Shown: one piece after another, positions 9,117 to 17,620 of the stretch | Position numbering within the stretch: the stretch's first letter is position 1 | Layout of the letters: each line of letters begins with the position of its first letter | DNA from: Aciduliprofundum boonei T469 | GTDB lineage: Archaea > Thermoplasmatota > Thermoplasmata > Thermoplasmatales > Aciduliprofundaceae | Assembly (NCBI RefSeq): GCF_000025665.1 | Contig: NC_013926.1 | Coordinates: 510,001-542,000, forward strand | Reading direction: 5' to 3' | Length of the DNA: 32,000 nt | Made by a program: the position numbers and the translations under genes | The notes under the pieces: generated by a model | Database searches by the model: none | What the model was told of the DNA's origin: nothing | What the model saw: the letters and a program-made list of their open reading frames with translations, nothing else

Positions 9117-10903
9117 TTGAAGCGGTGGAGAAGATGAGTATGGAAGAATTCGTACATCTATGCAATCGCCTTGTATCCGAGATGGGATTCAAGATAAGAA
9201 AGAGCGTTTATAGGGAGAATATTGCCGTTTTTGATGCTTATATGCCAATTCCGGGTAAGAGTTTGCACTATGTAATAATATTTCTGCGCAAGCCCAAGGT
9301 TACGAAGGATGAGATACTTGAGCTCATTGATGTTGAGAGTGTTGAGATCAAATGGATGCTCATTACCACGGGAGAATTTGAAAAAGAGGATTTGGGAGAT
9401 GATATAACTCTCATGGATGGCAAGGATTTTGAGAGATTGCTCGAAGAATTCGGTCTGAAGGAAGAATTTACTCGTTTAGAAAGGGGCAAAGAAGCTAGGG
9501 AAGGCAGATATCTTCCCAGTGCAGGAGAGTTAGAATCAATGCTTCAATGGGCTAGAGAATTCTTAAACGAGGAGAATTACGAGAAGGCAATGGAGTATGT
9601 GGATAAAGCCCTAAAGGTAAAGTCCACTCCTGAGGGCATGAAGATAAAGGCAAGAATATTGCAAAAGATTGGAAAATATGAGGAGGCAATAAGCGTAATC
9701 ACGAAAATTCTCGAAGAGAATGTTAAGGATGATGAGGCCTGGTTCATATTTGGAGAGATACTTGAGGATATGGGCGATTTGGATGAGGCAGAGCAAGCGT
9801 ATGGACAATGTGTGCATTTCAATCGCCTCAATGTGTCTTGCTGGATAAACCGTGGTAATGTACTTCTATCTCAAAAGAAATATCAGGAAGCGTTGATGTG
9901 CTATGATAAAGCCCTTGCGTTAAATGAAAACCTGCCTGCCATATGGAACAACAGGGGAGTGGCTCTCAAGTATCTTGGCAAGTATGACGAGGCTCTAAAA
10001 AGCTATAACACTGCATTGCAGTTTGATTCAAAATTTGCAGATGCTCATCTCAACAAAGCGTACCTATATTTTGATTTAAAGAAGTACGAAGAGGCAAGAA
10101 ATGCCTTGGCGGGTTATCTTCGCTTAAAGGAGGATGCTCGGGGCTATTTGCTCCTTGCAAACATATTCGCAAAGAGAAATATGAAGAAAGGTGCCATAGA
10201 GGCTGTTAAGAAGGCACTTGAGCTTGAGCCGGGAAATCAGGAGGCAAGGGAACTTTTAGACAGGCTTGAGGGAAGGAGCAGAGAGCTAAGGGATTATGAG
10301 GAAATAAAGAAAATTTTAAAAGAAGAAATTGAAAAAATGAATGTAAGAGAGGAAAATGCTGTTAAAAAAATTAAAAGTGCAAGGGAGAATTTAGAGAGGG
10401 GAAATGTTGCGAGGGCACTCAGGGAAATCATTGAAGTCAGAGAGCATGCACATTCTCAAAATGTTGCTGAAATCAAAGAGGCACTCTATAGGAATACACA
10501 AAGATTATTGGAACTGGCAAATATGAATGTTGAAAATTTAGGGGAGTTGGAGCCCAAAGAGCTAAACGCTTTGGGTTTGGAAGCGATGAAGCGTGTGGTT
10601 TTATGCTCAAAAGAAGAAGAAAAGAATGTAGAAGAGTACCCGAGAGGATATGCACATCTTCTCTATGAGGAGAAGAAATGGAATGAGCTTAAGAAATTAA
10701 ACAATGAAATTGCAGAAAATTCTCTTGGATTGAGGTATTTCAAAGCTAGGAGATACAAGAATGCAGAAGAGTACTTTAAAAATGCATTTTTCAAATCTCC
10801 TGATTTCTATGAGGCAGAGTTAAATCTTGCATACACATATCTGAAGAACGGGAAAGAAAGGAAGGCCAAGGCACTTTTAAAGCATCTTGGGCTGGAAATG
10901 TAA
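9113..10903 (+). CDS. Mrr-like (restriction-endonuclease fold) N-terminal domain fused to a long TPR array
   Basis: Residues 1-115 follow the Mrr_cat pattern: MSMEEFVHLCNRLVSEMGF...VFDAY...VIIFLRK...LITTGEF...LMDGKDFERLLEEFG. At least 6 canonical TPRs follow (e.g. AWFIFGEILEDMGDLDEAEQAY, AIWNNRGVALKYLGKYDEALKSY). The usual (E/Q)xK appears as FLRK. Confidence 0.65.
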   Translation: MIEAVEKMSMEEFVHLCNRLVSEMGFKIRKSVYRENIAVFDAYMPIPGKSLHYVIIFLRKPKVTKDEILELIDVESVEIKWMLITTGEFEKEDLGDDITLMDGKDFERLLEEFGLKEEFTRLERGKEAREGRYLPSAGELESMLQWAREFLNEENYEKAMEYVDKALKVKSTPEGMKIKARILQKIGKYEEAISVITKILEENVKDDEAWFIFGEILEDMGDLDEAEQAYGQCVHFNRLNVSCWINRGNVLLSQKKYQEALMCYDKALALNENLPAIWNNRGVALKYLGKYDEALKSYNTALQFDSKFADAHLNKAYLYFDLKKYEEARNALAGYLRLKEDARGYLLLANIFAKRNMKKGAIEAVKKALELEPGNQEARELLDRLEGRSRELRDYEEIKKILKEEIEKMNVREENAVKKIKSARENLERGNVARALREIIEVREHAHSQNVAEIKEALYRNTQRLLELANMNVENLGELEPKELNALGLEAMKRVVLCSKEEEKNVEEYPRGYAHLLYEEKKWNELKKLNNEIAENSLGLRYFKARRYKNAEEYFKNAFFKSPDFYEAELNLAYTYLKNGKERKAKALLKHLGLEM

Positions 10904-10955
10904 AGCGCTGTGGAAATCGCAATTTTAATATGTGAAAAGGGGTTAAGGAGTGTAA

Positions 10956-12011
10956 ATGACATTTGAGAAATCCAAATGGACACAGTTACCTCGTGAGATT
11001 TATGCTGGGCATGGAGTTCTGGGGCAGGTTGGCCCAATGTGTAGAAGGTTTGGATTTGGCTCAAATGCGCTCTTAGTGACAGGGCAAAAAAGTTATGAGG
11101 TTGCGGGTAAGAGAGTTAAAGAAATTTTGGAAGATTCTGGATTTAATGTGGATGTGATTTTAACCTCTGCCGCCACTATGGAAAATCTGGATAGAATTAA
11201 GGATGAGGCAAAGGGTATGAGCTTTTTGGTGGGTGTTGGAGGAGGAAGCAAGATAGATTTGGCGAAGAAAGCCTCCTACGATTTGGGTATACCCTTCATA
11301 AGCGTACCCACAATAGCCACCCATGATGGAATAGCCAGTCCTAGAGCTACAATAAAGAACGGCGGGGGAAGCATCTCGATGGATGCTCAGGAGCCGATGG
11401 GAATTGTAGCCGATACTGAAATTCTTATCCAAGCACCATACAGGTACTTGGCTGCAGGGGCGGCGGATGTTATAGGAAATGTTACAGCCATAAAGGATTG
11501 GGAACTTGCGCACAAGCTGATAAATGAGCCTTTTAGCTCCACGGCCTATGGCATGGCCAAGTATTCTGCAGAGTTCATACTTGAAAATGCAGATGCCATA
11601 AAGCCAAATCTTGAGGAGAGTGCTTGGATTGTGGTAAAATCCATTATGGGTTCAGGTATGGCTATGAGCATTGCCCATTCTTCGCGCCCAGCAAGTGGGA
11701 GCGAGCATCTATTTGCACATGCCCTTGAGAAGATAGCTCCGGGAAAGGCGTTGCATGGAGAGATGGTTGGTGTGGGCACCATAATGATGATGTACTTGTA
11801 TGGTGGGGATTGGAAGAAGATAAGGGATGCTTTGAGGATGATAGGCGCTCCCACAACCGCCAGGGAGCTGGGGGTGGAGGACGAAGAGATCATAATGGCA
11901 TTGACTCAAGCTCATAAAATGAGAAAGAGGTACACAATATTGGGGATGAGGGGTTTGACGGAAGAAGCCGCCAGAAATTTGGCACGAATAACTGGAGTAA
12001 TAGGGAGGTGA
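10956..12011 (+). CDS. egsA: sn-glycerol-1-phosphate dehydrogenase [NAD(P)+]
   Basis: The 351-aa protein has a DHQS/Fe-ADH-like fold with GVGGGSKIDLAK, a THDGIASP motif and the metal-His context SGSEHLFAH...HGEMVG. Length and motifs match archaeal G1PDH. An AGGAG Shine-Dalgarno sequence lies upstream. Confidence 0.85.
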   Translation: MTFEKSKWTQLPREIYAGHGVLGQVGPMCRRFGFGSNALLVTGQKSYEVAGKRVKEILEDSGFNVDVILTSAATMENLDRIKDEAKGMSFLVGVGGGSKIDLAKKASYDLGIPFISVPTIATHDGIASPRATIKNGGGSISMDAQEPMGIVADTEILIQAPYRYLAAGAADVIGNVTAIKDWELAHKLINEPFSSTAYGMAKYSAEFILENADAIKPNLEESAWIVVKSIMGSGMAMSIAHSSRPASGSEHLFAHALEKIAPGKALHGEMVGVGTIMMMYLYGGDWKKIRDALRMIGAPTTARELGVEDEEIIMALTQAHKMRKRYTILGMRGLTEEAARNLARITGVIGR

Positions 12012-12015
12012 TAGC

Positions 12016-12441
12016 ATGATTACTCTAATAGGTAAAGAGCTTGCGAAGGAAGGGTTGGAGTTTCAGTATTTGGGACCTCTTTTAGAATGCAGGAACTGCA
12101 AGTTGAAGAATGTGTGCTTCAACCTCGACGAGGGAAAGTGGTACAGGATAATAGGAGTAAGGGATAAAGAGCATGATTGCAAGGTGCACGATGGAGGCAA
12201 AGTTGTAACTGTTGAGGTTGAAGAGCTGCCCGTACCTCTCGCTGTTGGCGCCAAGGGTGTAGTTGAAGGAGAGACGCTTACATTCAAGCCCATAAATTGC
12301 AAGGAATACGGTTGTGACTACTACGAGCTCTGCCATCCTCTGGGCTTGAGAGAGGGAACGAAGATAAAGATTGAGAAGATTGTGGAAGACATTAAGTGTC
12401 CAAAGAACAAGAGCCTAAAGAAGGTTCTGGTCACATGGTAG
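12016..12441 (+). CDS. UPF0179-like Cys-rich conserved archaeal protein
   Basis: MITLIGKELAKEGLEFQYLGPLLECRNCKLKNVCF...RIIGVRDKEHDC resembles the UPF0179 family as I remember it. There are several Cys pairs. It lies 4 nt after egsA and overlaps the next gene by 7 nt. Confidence 0.55.
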   Translation: MITLIGKELAKEGLEFQYLGPLLECRNCKLKNVCFNLDEGKWYRIIGVRDKEHDCKVHDGGKVVTVEVEELPVPLAVGAKGVVEGETLTFKPINCKEYGCDYYELCHPLGLREGTKIKIEKIVEDIKCPKNKSLKKVLVTW

Positions 12442-13637
12442 AGCTTGGTATTGTAGGCAAGCCCAATGTGGGTAAGTCCACATTCTTCGCAGCAGCTACT
12501 TTGCAAACTGTGGAAATTGGAAACTATCCTTTTACTACAATCGAAGCCAATAGGGCCATTGGCTATGTGCGCAAGCCCTGTCCTCATTTGGATTTGGGGA
12601 AGCAATGTAATCCCAAAAAATCGCTGTGTATAGAGGGCACTAGATACATACCTGTAGAGCTCATAGATGTGGCTGGATTGGTGCCAGAGGCGCATGCTGG
12701 TCGTGGCTTAGGCAATAAGTTTCTGGATGATTTGCGCCATGCGGATGCTTTGATACACATTATTGATGTCTCTGGCTCAACAGATGCTGAAGGCAATCCA
12801 GTACCCAAGGGAAGCCGAGATCCCTGCAAGGATGTGGATTTTTTAGATAAGGAAATTGCCTACTGGATTGCAGATATAATTGGCAGGGGCTGGACTCGTA
12901 TTGCGAGAAGATTGGAAGCGGAGAAGGTAAAGATTGAAGTGGCCATTGCTGAAAGGTTATCGGGATTGAATATAAATGATAAGCAGGTACACGCTGCTCT
13001 ATCTCATTTGAATTTGGACGAGAAGCCAAGCAGGTGGAAAGAGGAGGATATTTTAGCGCTCTCTTTTGAAATAAGGCGCATTGCCAAGCCTATGGTGATT
13101 GCTGCCAATAAAGCGGACATAACCGATGAGGAGTATTTAAATAAATTTTTGCAAAGGTGCAGAGAGAAGGGCTATGATGTCATACCCATATCGGCAGATT
13201 ACGAGCTTGCACTGCGCAGGGCTGCAAAGGCAGGATTTGTGGATTACAAGCCAGGAGACGAGGATTTTAAAATTTTGAAAGAGGATGAATTGAGTGCTGC
13301 GCAGCTTAAAGCTTTGGAGAAGATTAGAGAGTTTATGCACAAATTTGGAGGTACGGGAGTGCAGAGGGTCATAGAGCATACAGTGTTTAATGTGTTGCAA
13401 ATGATTGCAGTGTATCCCGTTGAGGATGAGCACAAATGGACTGATAAGGATGGAAATGTTCTTCCCGATGTGTATCTATTTCCTCTCGGCTCCACTGCTC
13501 TGGACCTCGCTTACAAGGTGCATACCGATTTGGGTGAGAATTTCATAAGGGCTGTGGATGGACGCAGCAAGAAAATTCTCGGACACGACTACGAGCTCAA
13601 GGATGGCGATGTGATAAAGATAATTGCAAGGAGATGA
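12435..13637 (+). CDS. Obg/YchF-like P-loop GTPase/ATPase with C-terminal TGS domain
   Basis: G1 is [15 protein letters not shown]3 is DVAGLV and G4 is NKAD. The C-terminus is TGS-like (LKDGDVIKI). I prefer the start at ATG 12435, which overlaps the upstream TAG (ATGGTAG), over 12396. Confidence 0.85.
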   Translation: MVELGIVGKPNVGKSTFFAAATLQTVEIGNYPFTTIEANRAIGYVRKPCPHLDLGKQCNPKKSLCIEGTRYIPVELIDVAGLVPEAHAGRGLGNKFLDDLRHADALIHIIDVSGSTDAEGNPVPKGSRDPCKDVDFLDKEIAYWIADIIGRGWTRIARRLEAEKVKIEVAIAERLSGLNINDKQVHAALSHLNLDEKPSRWKEEDILALSFEIRRIAKPMVIAANKADITDEEYLNKFLQRCREKGYDVIPISADYELALRRAAKAGFVDYKPGDEDFKILKEDELSAAQLKALEKIREFMHKFGGTGVQRVIEHTVFNVLQMIAVYPVEDEHKWTDKDGNVLPDVYLFPLGSTALDLAYKVHTDLGENFIRAVDGRSKKILGHDYELKDGDVIKIIARR

Positions 13638-13643
13638 TTTATA

Positions 13644-13665
13644 TTTGTGCATTATAATGCACAAA
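13644..13665. promoter_or_regulatory. perfect 22-bp palindrome TTTGTGCATTATAATGCACAAA (operator or terminator hairpin)
   Basis: I verified by hand that it is its own reverse complement. It begins 7 nt after the GTPase stop codon. The arm ATATTTGTGCAT recurs as a direct copy at 13674-13685. Confidence 0.5.
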
Positions 13666-13669
13666 AAAC

Positions 13670-13677
13670 TTAAATAT
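13670..13677 (+). promoter_or_regulatory. putative TATA box (TTAAATAT) for the 13712 gene
   Basis: The AT-rich element lies about 35 nt upstream of the first possible start at 13712. It overlaps the third copy of the TTTGTGCAT motif. Confidence 0.35.
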
Positions 13678-13711
13678 TTGTGCATCAAGTATCCGTAATG
13701 GAAGTGAGAAT

Positions 13712-14149
13712 TTGAAAGTTAAGGACAGGGTGAGTTTGAGCGTTTTGATAAGCGCGAAGGAAAGGGCGGTGCTGGATTATGCCCTGCTCACAGTTGCCAG
13801 TTTAACCTTATTTTTCGTATCAATCTTTTATGTAGCCCTTGCCGTTGGAGTGATAACAATACAAAACACGCTGTCAAAGTGGTTTGGATGGGGCGGGGTT
13901 GTTGCAGGCTCTCTGTGCATACTCATACCTGCTCTCGGGCTGATTTTAGGCATTCTTGGCACATTTGCGGGAATAATTGGCATGCTCAGGGCTTATTCCT
14001 CTCTAAGAAAATTGAAAGCCATAGATATGAGAGAGATTGAGAAGGAAGAGATCAAGTATGCCCTGCGCAAAGAGTACCTCATAGGCAAGATGACCAAGGA
14101 AGAATACGAGGAAAAGCTGAAACTAGTGGAGGAGAGATACAAAGGGTAA
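13712..14149 (+). CDS. small membrane protein with SHOCT-like C-terminal helix
   Basis: There are two or three hydrophobic segments (LLTVASLTLFFVSIFYVALAVGVITI, GGVVAGSLCILIPALGLILGILGTFAGIIGML). A C-terminal YLIGKMTKEEYEEKLKLVEE is SHOCT-like. The track start is TTG, so the exact start is uncertain. Confidence 0.5.
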   Translation: MKVKDRVSLSVLISAKERAVLDYALLTVASLTLFFVSIFYVALAVGVITIQNTLSKWFGWGGVVAGSLCILIPALGLILGILGTFAGIIGMLRAYSSLRKLKAIDMREIEKEEIKYALRKEYLIGKMTKEEYEEKLKLVEERYKG

Positions 14150-14152
14150 ATT

Positions 14153-14668
14153 TTAGAAGTTTATAACTCCCCCAGAAGATACACCATTGTAACCATTTAT
14201 TGAGAATAAAACTTTATCTCCACTCTGGAACGGCGGAGGTGTGATATTATCTGAAGGATTATCATCCACAACATAAACTATCAGTGTATCTCCATTACTA
14301 AATTTGCCATCATCATCGTTATCTATTAACTTTGCCTCATAGTGCCATTTGCCATTTGAAGTTTTATTGCTCCAAATGAAGTTATTTAAATAATTTAAAT
14401 GCAATAATTTACCACTTTTATCTATAGTTATTTTCACATTTTCCATGTATGTGCTTTGTGGAGAACTAAGTGAGATAGAGAAATATAATGTGGTTTTGTT
14501 GGATTTGGTAGATTGGAATGTTAGATAACCATGAAGCTGGTCTACATTATATGGTGTAGATAAGTATCCACCCACTACAAATAGATAAAGAGAAGTAACT
14601 AAAACTACTGTAATAGCAATCATAAGAATTTCAGCGATTACCGGGCTAACACCTTCTTCTCTTCTCAT
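14153..14668 (-). CDS. archaeal type IV pilin-like protein (class III signal peptide)
   Basis: The N-terminus MRREEGVSPVIAEILMIAITVVLV has a short charged leader, then G|VSPVI and a hydrophobic helix. This is typical of archaeal Pilin_N/DUF1628 proteins. An AT-rich promoter-like stretch lies upstream. Confidence 0.8.
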   Translation of the reverse strand: MRREEGVSPVIAEILMIAITVVLVTSLYLFVVGGYLSTPYNVDQLHGYLTFQSTKSNKTTLYFSISLSSPQSTYMENVKITIDKSGKLLHLNYLNNFIWSNKTSNGKWHYEAKLIDNDDDGKFSNGDTLIVYVVDDNPSDNITPPPFQSGDKVLFSINGYNGVSSGGVINF

Positions 14669-14712
14669 AAAGCATCAAAAAATAAATAAAAATTAGAAAA
14701 TGGTGTTTGTGC

Positions 14713-15189
14713 TTAAGGTATGGTTATCTGCTGGCTACCAGAGTATCCAGAAATGGCAAGTGATATTGTAGCTCCATTTAGGTTGTGGCCATATATGTAT
14801 ATGACATCTCCTGTAGAAAGCTTGCCATTTCCATCATAGTCTATTACTTTAACATTATAGGTAACTGAATTTATTGTGATTGTGCCTGTACCATCTGCAG
14901 ACAGATACTTCCCAGTAGGATAAGTGCCATTTATCCCTATAATAACCTTTGTAAAGTCAGCACTACTGGGTGAACTCATTGCCACAGATATGTTTACATA
15001 TCCAGCAGTTGGATTTGATGTTTGTACATCGTAAGTCAATGAGGCAGTGAGATTAGGCTGTGTACTGCCTCCCATGTAGCCAGATACGAGTAGCCAAACT
15101 GTCGCTGCAAGCACTACTGTTATAGCGACCATCAAAATGGTAGCTATAACCGGGCTTACGCCCTCTTCCTTCTTATATATCCTCTTCAT
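14713..15189 (-). CDS. archaeal type IV pilin-like protein (class III signal peptide), paralog of 14153-14668
   Basis: MKRIYKKEEGVSPVIATILMVAITVVLAA. The start at ATG 15189 is preceded by AGGAGGACTTAAA, a strong Shine-Dalgarno sequence. The 9 upstream codons in the track ORF are therefore unlikely to be translated. It shares a C-terminal D-x-D/N-G-K-x-S-x-GD block with its neighbour. Confidence 0.85.
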   Translation of the reverse strand: MKRIYKKEEGVSPVIATILMVAITVVLAATVWLLVSGYMGGSTQPNLTASLTYDVQTSNPTAGYVNISVAMSSPSSADFTKVIIGINGTYPTGKYLSADGTGTITINSVTYNVKVIDYDGNGKLSTGDVIYIYGHNLNGATISLAISGYSGSQQITIP

Positions 15190-15384
15190 TTTAAGTCCTC
15201 CTGGGTTTGAACCCATGTTCTATTAAAGGTGCTCCGTATTTAAAGGTTTTGGGGCAAAAATCGAATTATTCGGATTTTGCAAGAAAAACCATGACATGAG
15301 AAAGCATGTTTTTTATATGGATATTTTTAAATTAACCTCCTTGCTGCGAAAATGTTTAAATTCTCCATTTGGATAACCTTAACT

Positions 15385-16032
15385 ATGTATATTATTGTCA
15401 TTGGCGGTGGAAGAATAGGTGAGTACTTGGTCAGTATGCTTGTTGAGGAGGGTCACAATATAGCGCTAATAGAGAAGGATGATGAGAGGGCCAGGCATAT
15501 GGCCGAGAATTATGATATTTTGGTTATAAAGGGAGATGGCAGCGAGGCCTCTTACCTTGAGGATGCTGGAATAACCAAGGCGGATGTGCTTGTTGCCTGC
15601 ACTGGCAATGATCAGGTGAATTTTGTGGCCTGCCAGCTTGCAAAGCACACTTACAATGTGGGAAAGGTCATAGCAAGAACCACGAATCCCGGAAATAAGG
15701 TTCTGTACGAGAGTTTGGGTGTGGATGTGGTTATAAGCACAACGGAAGTGGCTGCCAAGGCCATGTACGCTGGAATAAAGGGCTTTGCCTCGGTGCTAAC
15801 TTTTGCGGGAGATGTGGAGCTCTTGCATGTGCGTGTTGATAAGCTCTCTCCCATAATTGATAGAAAGATAAGCGATATACACATGCCTTGGGGAAGCATA
15901 ATAGCCACGATTTTGCGCAAGGGCCAGATAATCGTGCCCAGAGGAGACGAAGTCATAAGGGAGGGAGACGAGCTTGCGATAGTCACCAAGAAAGGTGTGG
16001 AAAAGAAGGTGAGGGAAATAGTGTTGGGGTAG
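15385..16032 (+). CDS. trkA: K+ transport regulatory subunit TrkA (TrkA-N + TrkA-C)
   Basis: MYIIVIGGGRIGEYL is a Rossmann motif at the N-terminus. A C-terminal RCK_C-like region (GDEVIREGDELAIV) is present. The gene sits immediately upstream of trkH. I prefer ATG 15385 over 15352. Confidence 0.88.
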   Translation: MYIIVIGGGRIGEYLVSMLVEEGHNIALIEKDDERARHMAENYDILVIKGDGSEASYLEDAGITKADVLVACTGNDQVNFVACQLAKHTYNVGKVIARTTNPGNKVLYESLGVDVVISTTEVAAKAMYAGIKGFASVLTFAGDVELLHVRVDKLSPIIDRKISDIHMPWGSIIATILRKGQIIVPRGDEVIREGDELAIVTKKGVEKKVREIVLG

Positions 16033-16036
16033 TGAG

Positions 16037-17440
16037 ATGAACAAGATACTCTATTTCTCACTGAAACTTCTTACATACATATCCATCTTTATGCTCATTG
16101 ATGCAGTTTATGCTCTTATTGTGGATAGAAGTGTGGTCATAACCTTAGCATTTCTATTTCCTGCAAGTTGGATTCTCTTTCTCTGGGTTCCTTTTATGAA
16201 AGAGCCAGTGCCTCAAAATCTCTCGCTCAGGGAATCTTTCAAGGTTGCTGCAATCGGATGGCTTTTGATGTCCTTCTTTGGAGCCATACCTTTCATTCTT
16301 TCTGGTTATTTGAATCCTCTTGATGCTTGGTTTGAGAGCATGTCAGGTTTCACAGCCACAGGATTAACGATGTTCACAGATGTAGAGAGCCTGCCAAAGA
16401 GCATACTTCTCTGGCGCTCACTTACAGAATGGATTGGTGGTGTGGGTGTCATAGCTCTATTCTTGTCAGTCATGTACCGCACAAGCAGAGTTGTGCAAAG
16501 TTTGTACTTTGCAGAGGGCAGAAGCGATAAAACGGAGCCAACAATAGTTGGAACTGTGAGAAAGATATGGGGAATATACCTTTTTTACACCCTCCTTTTT
16601 GCACTAATATTTTATCTTTTAAAGGTGCCGTTATTTGATGCCATAAACATATCAATGACTGCCCTAGCTACTGGTGGTTTTGCTGTAACTAATAACAGTA
16701 TAGCTGCATATTCCCCGTATGTGGCAATAGCTATGATTTTTGCGATGGCTATTGGTGGAATATCTTTTGTCTCGCACATAAATCTGTTTAAAGGCAGGGT
16801 TAGAGAATTTTTCTCCATAGAACTCAAGGCCATGGTGATAATAATCGTTTTATTTTCCACTATAATGCTCTTACATCTTGCTTGGCTTGGAGAGAGCTGG
16901 AATGAGGCTGCATTGCAAACATTCTTTCATGTCACATCTGCCCTTACAGGTACTGGATTCAGCATATCTGACCTTGCAAATTTGACCTCTTTTGATAAGA
17001 CCTTTCTGATTTTGAGTATGATCTTTGGAGGTGCATACGGTTCAACATCATCTGCCTTGAAACTCATAAGAGTTGTTGTGTTGGTTTACGGAATAGTGTG
17101 GTATGTAAAGGTTCGGCTCTATCCTAAAAGTGCAATAATACCCTTCAAAATAGGAAAGAAGGTTTTTGAATCTACCGAGGTCAGAGATGTGTCTATTTAC
17201 ACCACGACTTATTTGTTTATGCTTTTGTTGGGTGCGATGATATTTATGGCTTATGGGAACAGCCTTGTTAATTCTTTGTTTGAAGTTGCAAGTGCTGAAG
17301 GTAATGTTGGTCTAACTGTGGGCATTACCTCTCCATTTATGCCTTGGGTTGAGAAACTTACACTCATTTTAGAAATGTGGTTTGGTAGGTTAGAAATATT
17401 TCCAATTCTAATCCTTCTTGCAGATATAGTAAAGAAATGA
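16037..17440 (+). CDS. trkH: K+ transporter membrane subunit TrkH
   Basis: The polytopic protein carries four filter-like repeats (GFTATGLT, ALATGGF, LTGTGFS, AEGNVGLT). It lies 4 nt after trkA. Confidence 0.9.
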   Translation: MNKILYFSLKLLTYISIFMLIDAVYALIVDRSVVITLAFLFPASWILFLWVPFMKEPVPQNLSLRESFKVAAIGWLLMSFFGAIPFILSGYLNPLDAWFESMSGFTATGLTMFTDVESLPKSILLWRSLTEWIGGVGVIALFLSVMYRTSRVVQSLYFAEGRSDKTEPTIVGTVRKIWGIYLFYTLLFALIFYLLKVPLFDAINISMTALATGGFAVTNNSIAAYSPYVAIAMIFAMAIGGISFVSHINLFKGRVREFFSIELKAMVIIIVLFSTIMLLHLAWLGESWNEAALQTFFHVTSALTGTGFSISDLANLTSFDKTFLILSMIFGGAYGSTSSALKLIRVVVLVYGIVWYVKVRLYPKSAIIPFKIGKKVFESTEVRDVSIYTTTYLFMLLLGAMIFMAYGNSLVNSLFEVASAEGNVGLTVGITSPFMPWVEKLTLILEMWFGRLEIFPILILLADIVKK

Positions 17441-17442
17441 TA

Positions 17443-17570
17443 TCCCCCGACATTAACAGCACCTATCATCTTTCAAGGTGCCTGACCCTGCCGGGGGAGT
17501 ATTGGACATCTTCTGGCCCAAGCATCATTGTGCGATGACACACCGCTCTCCGCCGGGGGCCCAGATGCCC
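17443..17570. ncRNA. candidate structured small RNA (two adjacent GC-rich hairpins; class and strand unknown)
   Basis: By hand count, 17471-17570 is about 62% GC against AT-rich flanks. The island lies between convergent 3' ends and contains no ORF. Hairpin 1 pairs 17443-17449 (TCCCCCG) with 17492-17498 (CGGGGGA), enclosing an inner stem of 17457-17463 with 17477-17484. Hairpin 2 pairs 17504-17511 with 17563-17570 and 17515-17519 (GGCCC) with 17557-17561 (GGGCC). Confidence 0.4.
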
Positions 17571-17620
17571 AAAATAAGAGAAAACAGGTAGAATATAACC
17601 TTTTTGGAAAAATAAAAAAA

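Noticed and set aside
11160-12017. Track ORFs antisense to egsA (11160-11513, 11546-11893, 11662-11856, 11709-12017)
   Set aside because: They lie entirely inside, and antisense to, a gene with strong family motifs. Their compositions are Ser/Pro/His-rich, as expected from reverse-frame translation. No start-site signals are present.
12063-13688. Antisense or alternative-frame ORFs across UPF0179 and the GTPase (e.g. 12321-12695, 12584-12829, 12760-13029, 13137-13433, 13244-13495, 13476-13688)
   Set aside because: They overlap well-supported plus-strand genes, and I recognised no motifs. This is the usual pattern of spurious long reverse-frame ORFs.
15262-15272. Palindrome CGAATTATTCG in the pilin/trkA divergent region
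   Set aside because: It has only 5-bp arms that do not extend. That is too short to distinguish from chance in AT-rich intergenic DNA.
17443-17570. tRNA or C/D-box sRNA in the GC-rich island
   Set aside because: Neither strand has a T-loop (GTTC[GA]AAT-like), a D-arm, or a 7-bp acceptor pairing with cloverleaf spacing. The C-box-like strings (GCGATGA on plus, AATGATGC on minus) are imperfect. They are not followed by CTGA D/D' boxes at the roughly 12-nt guide spacing required. I kept it only as an unclassified RNA candidate.
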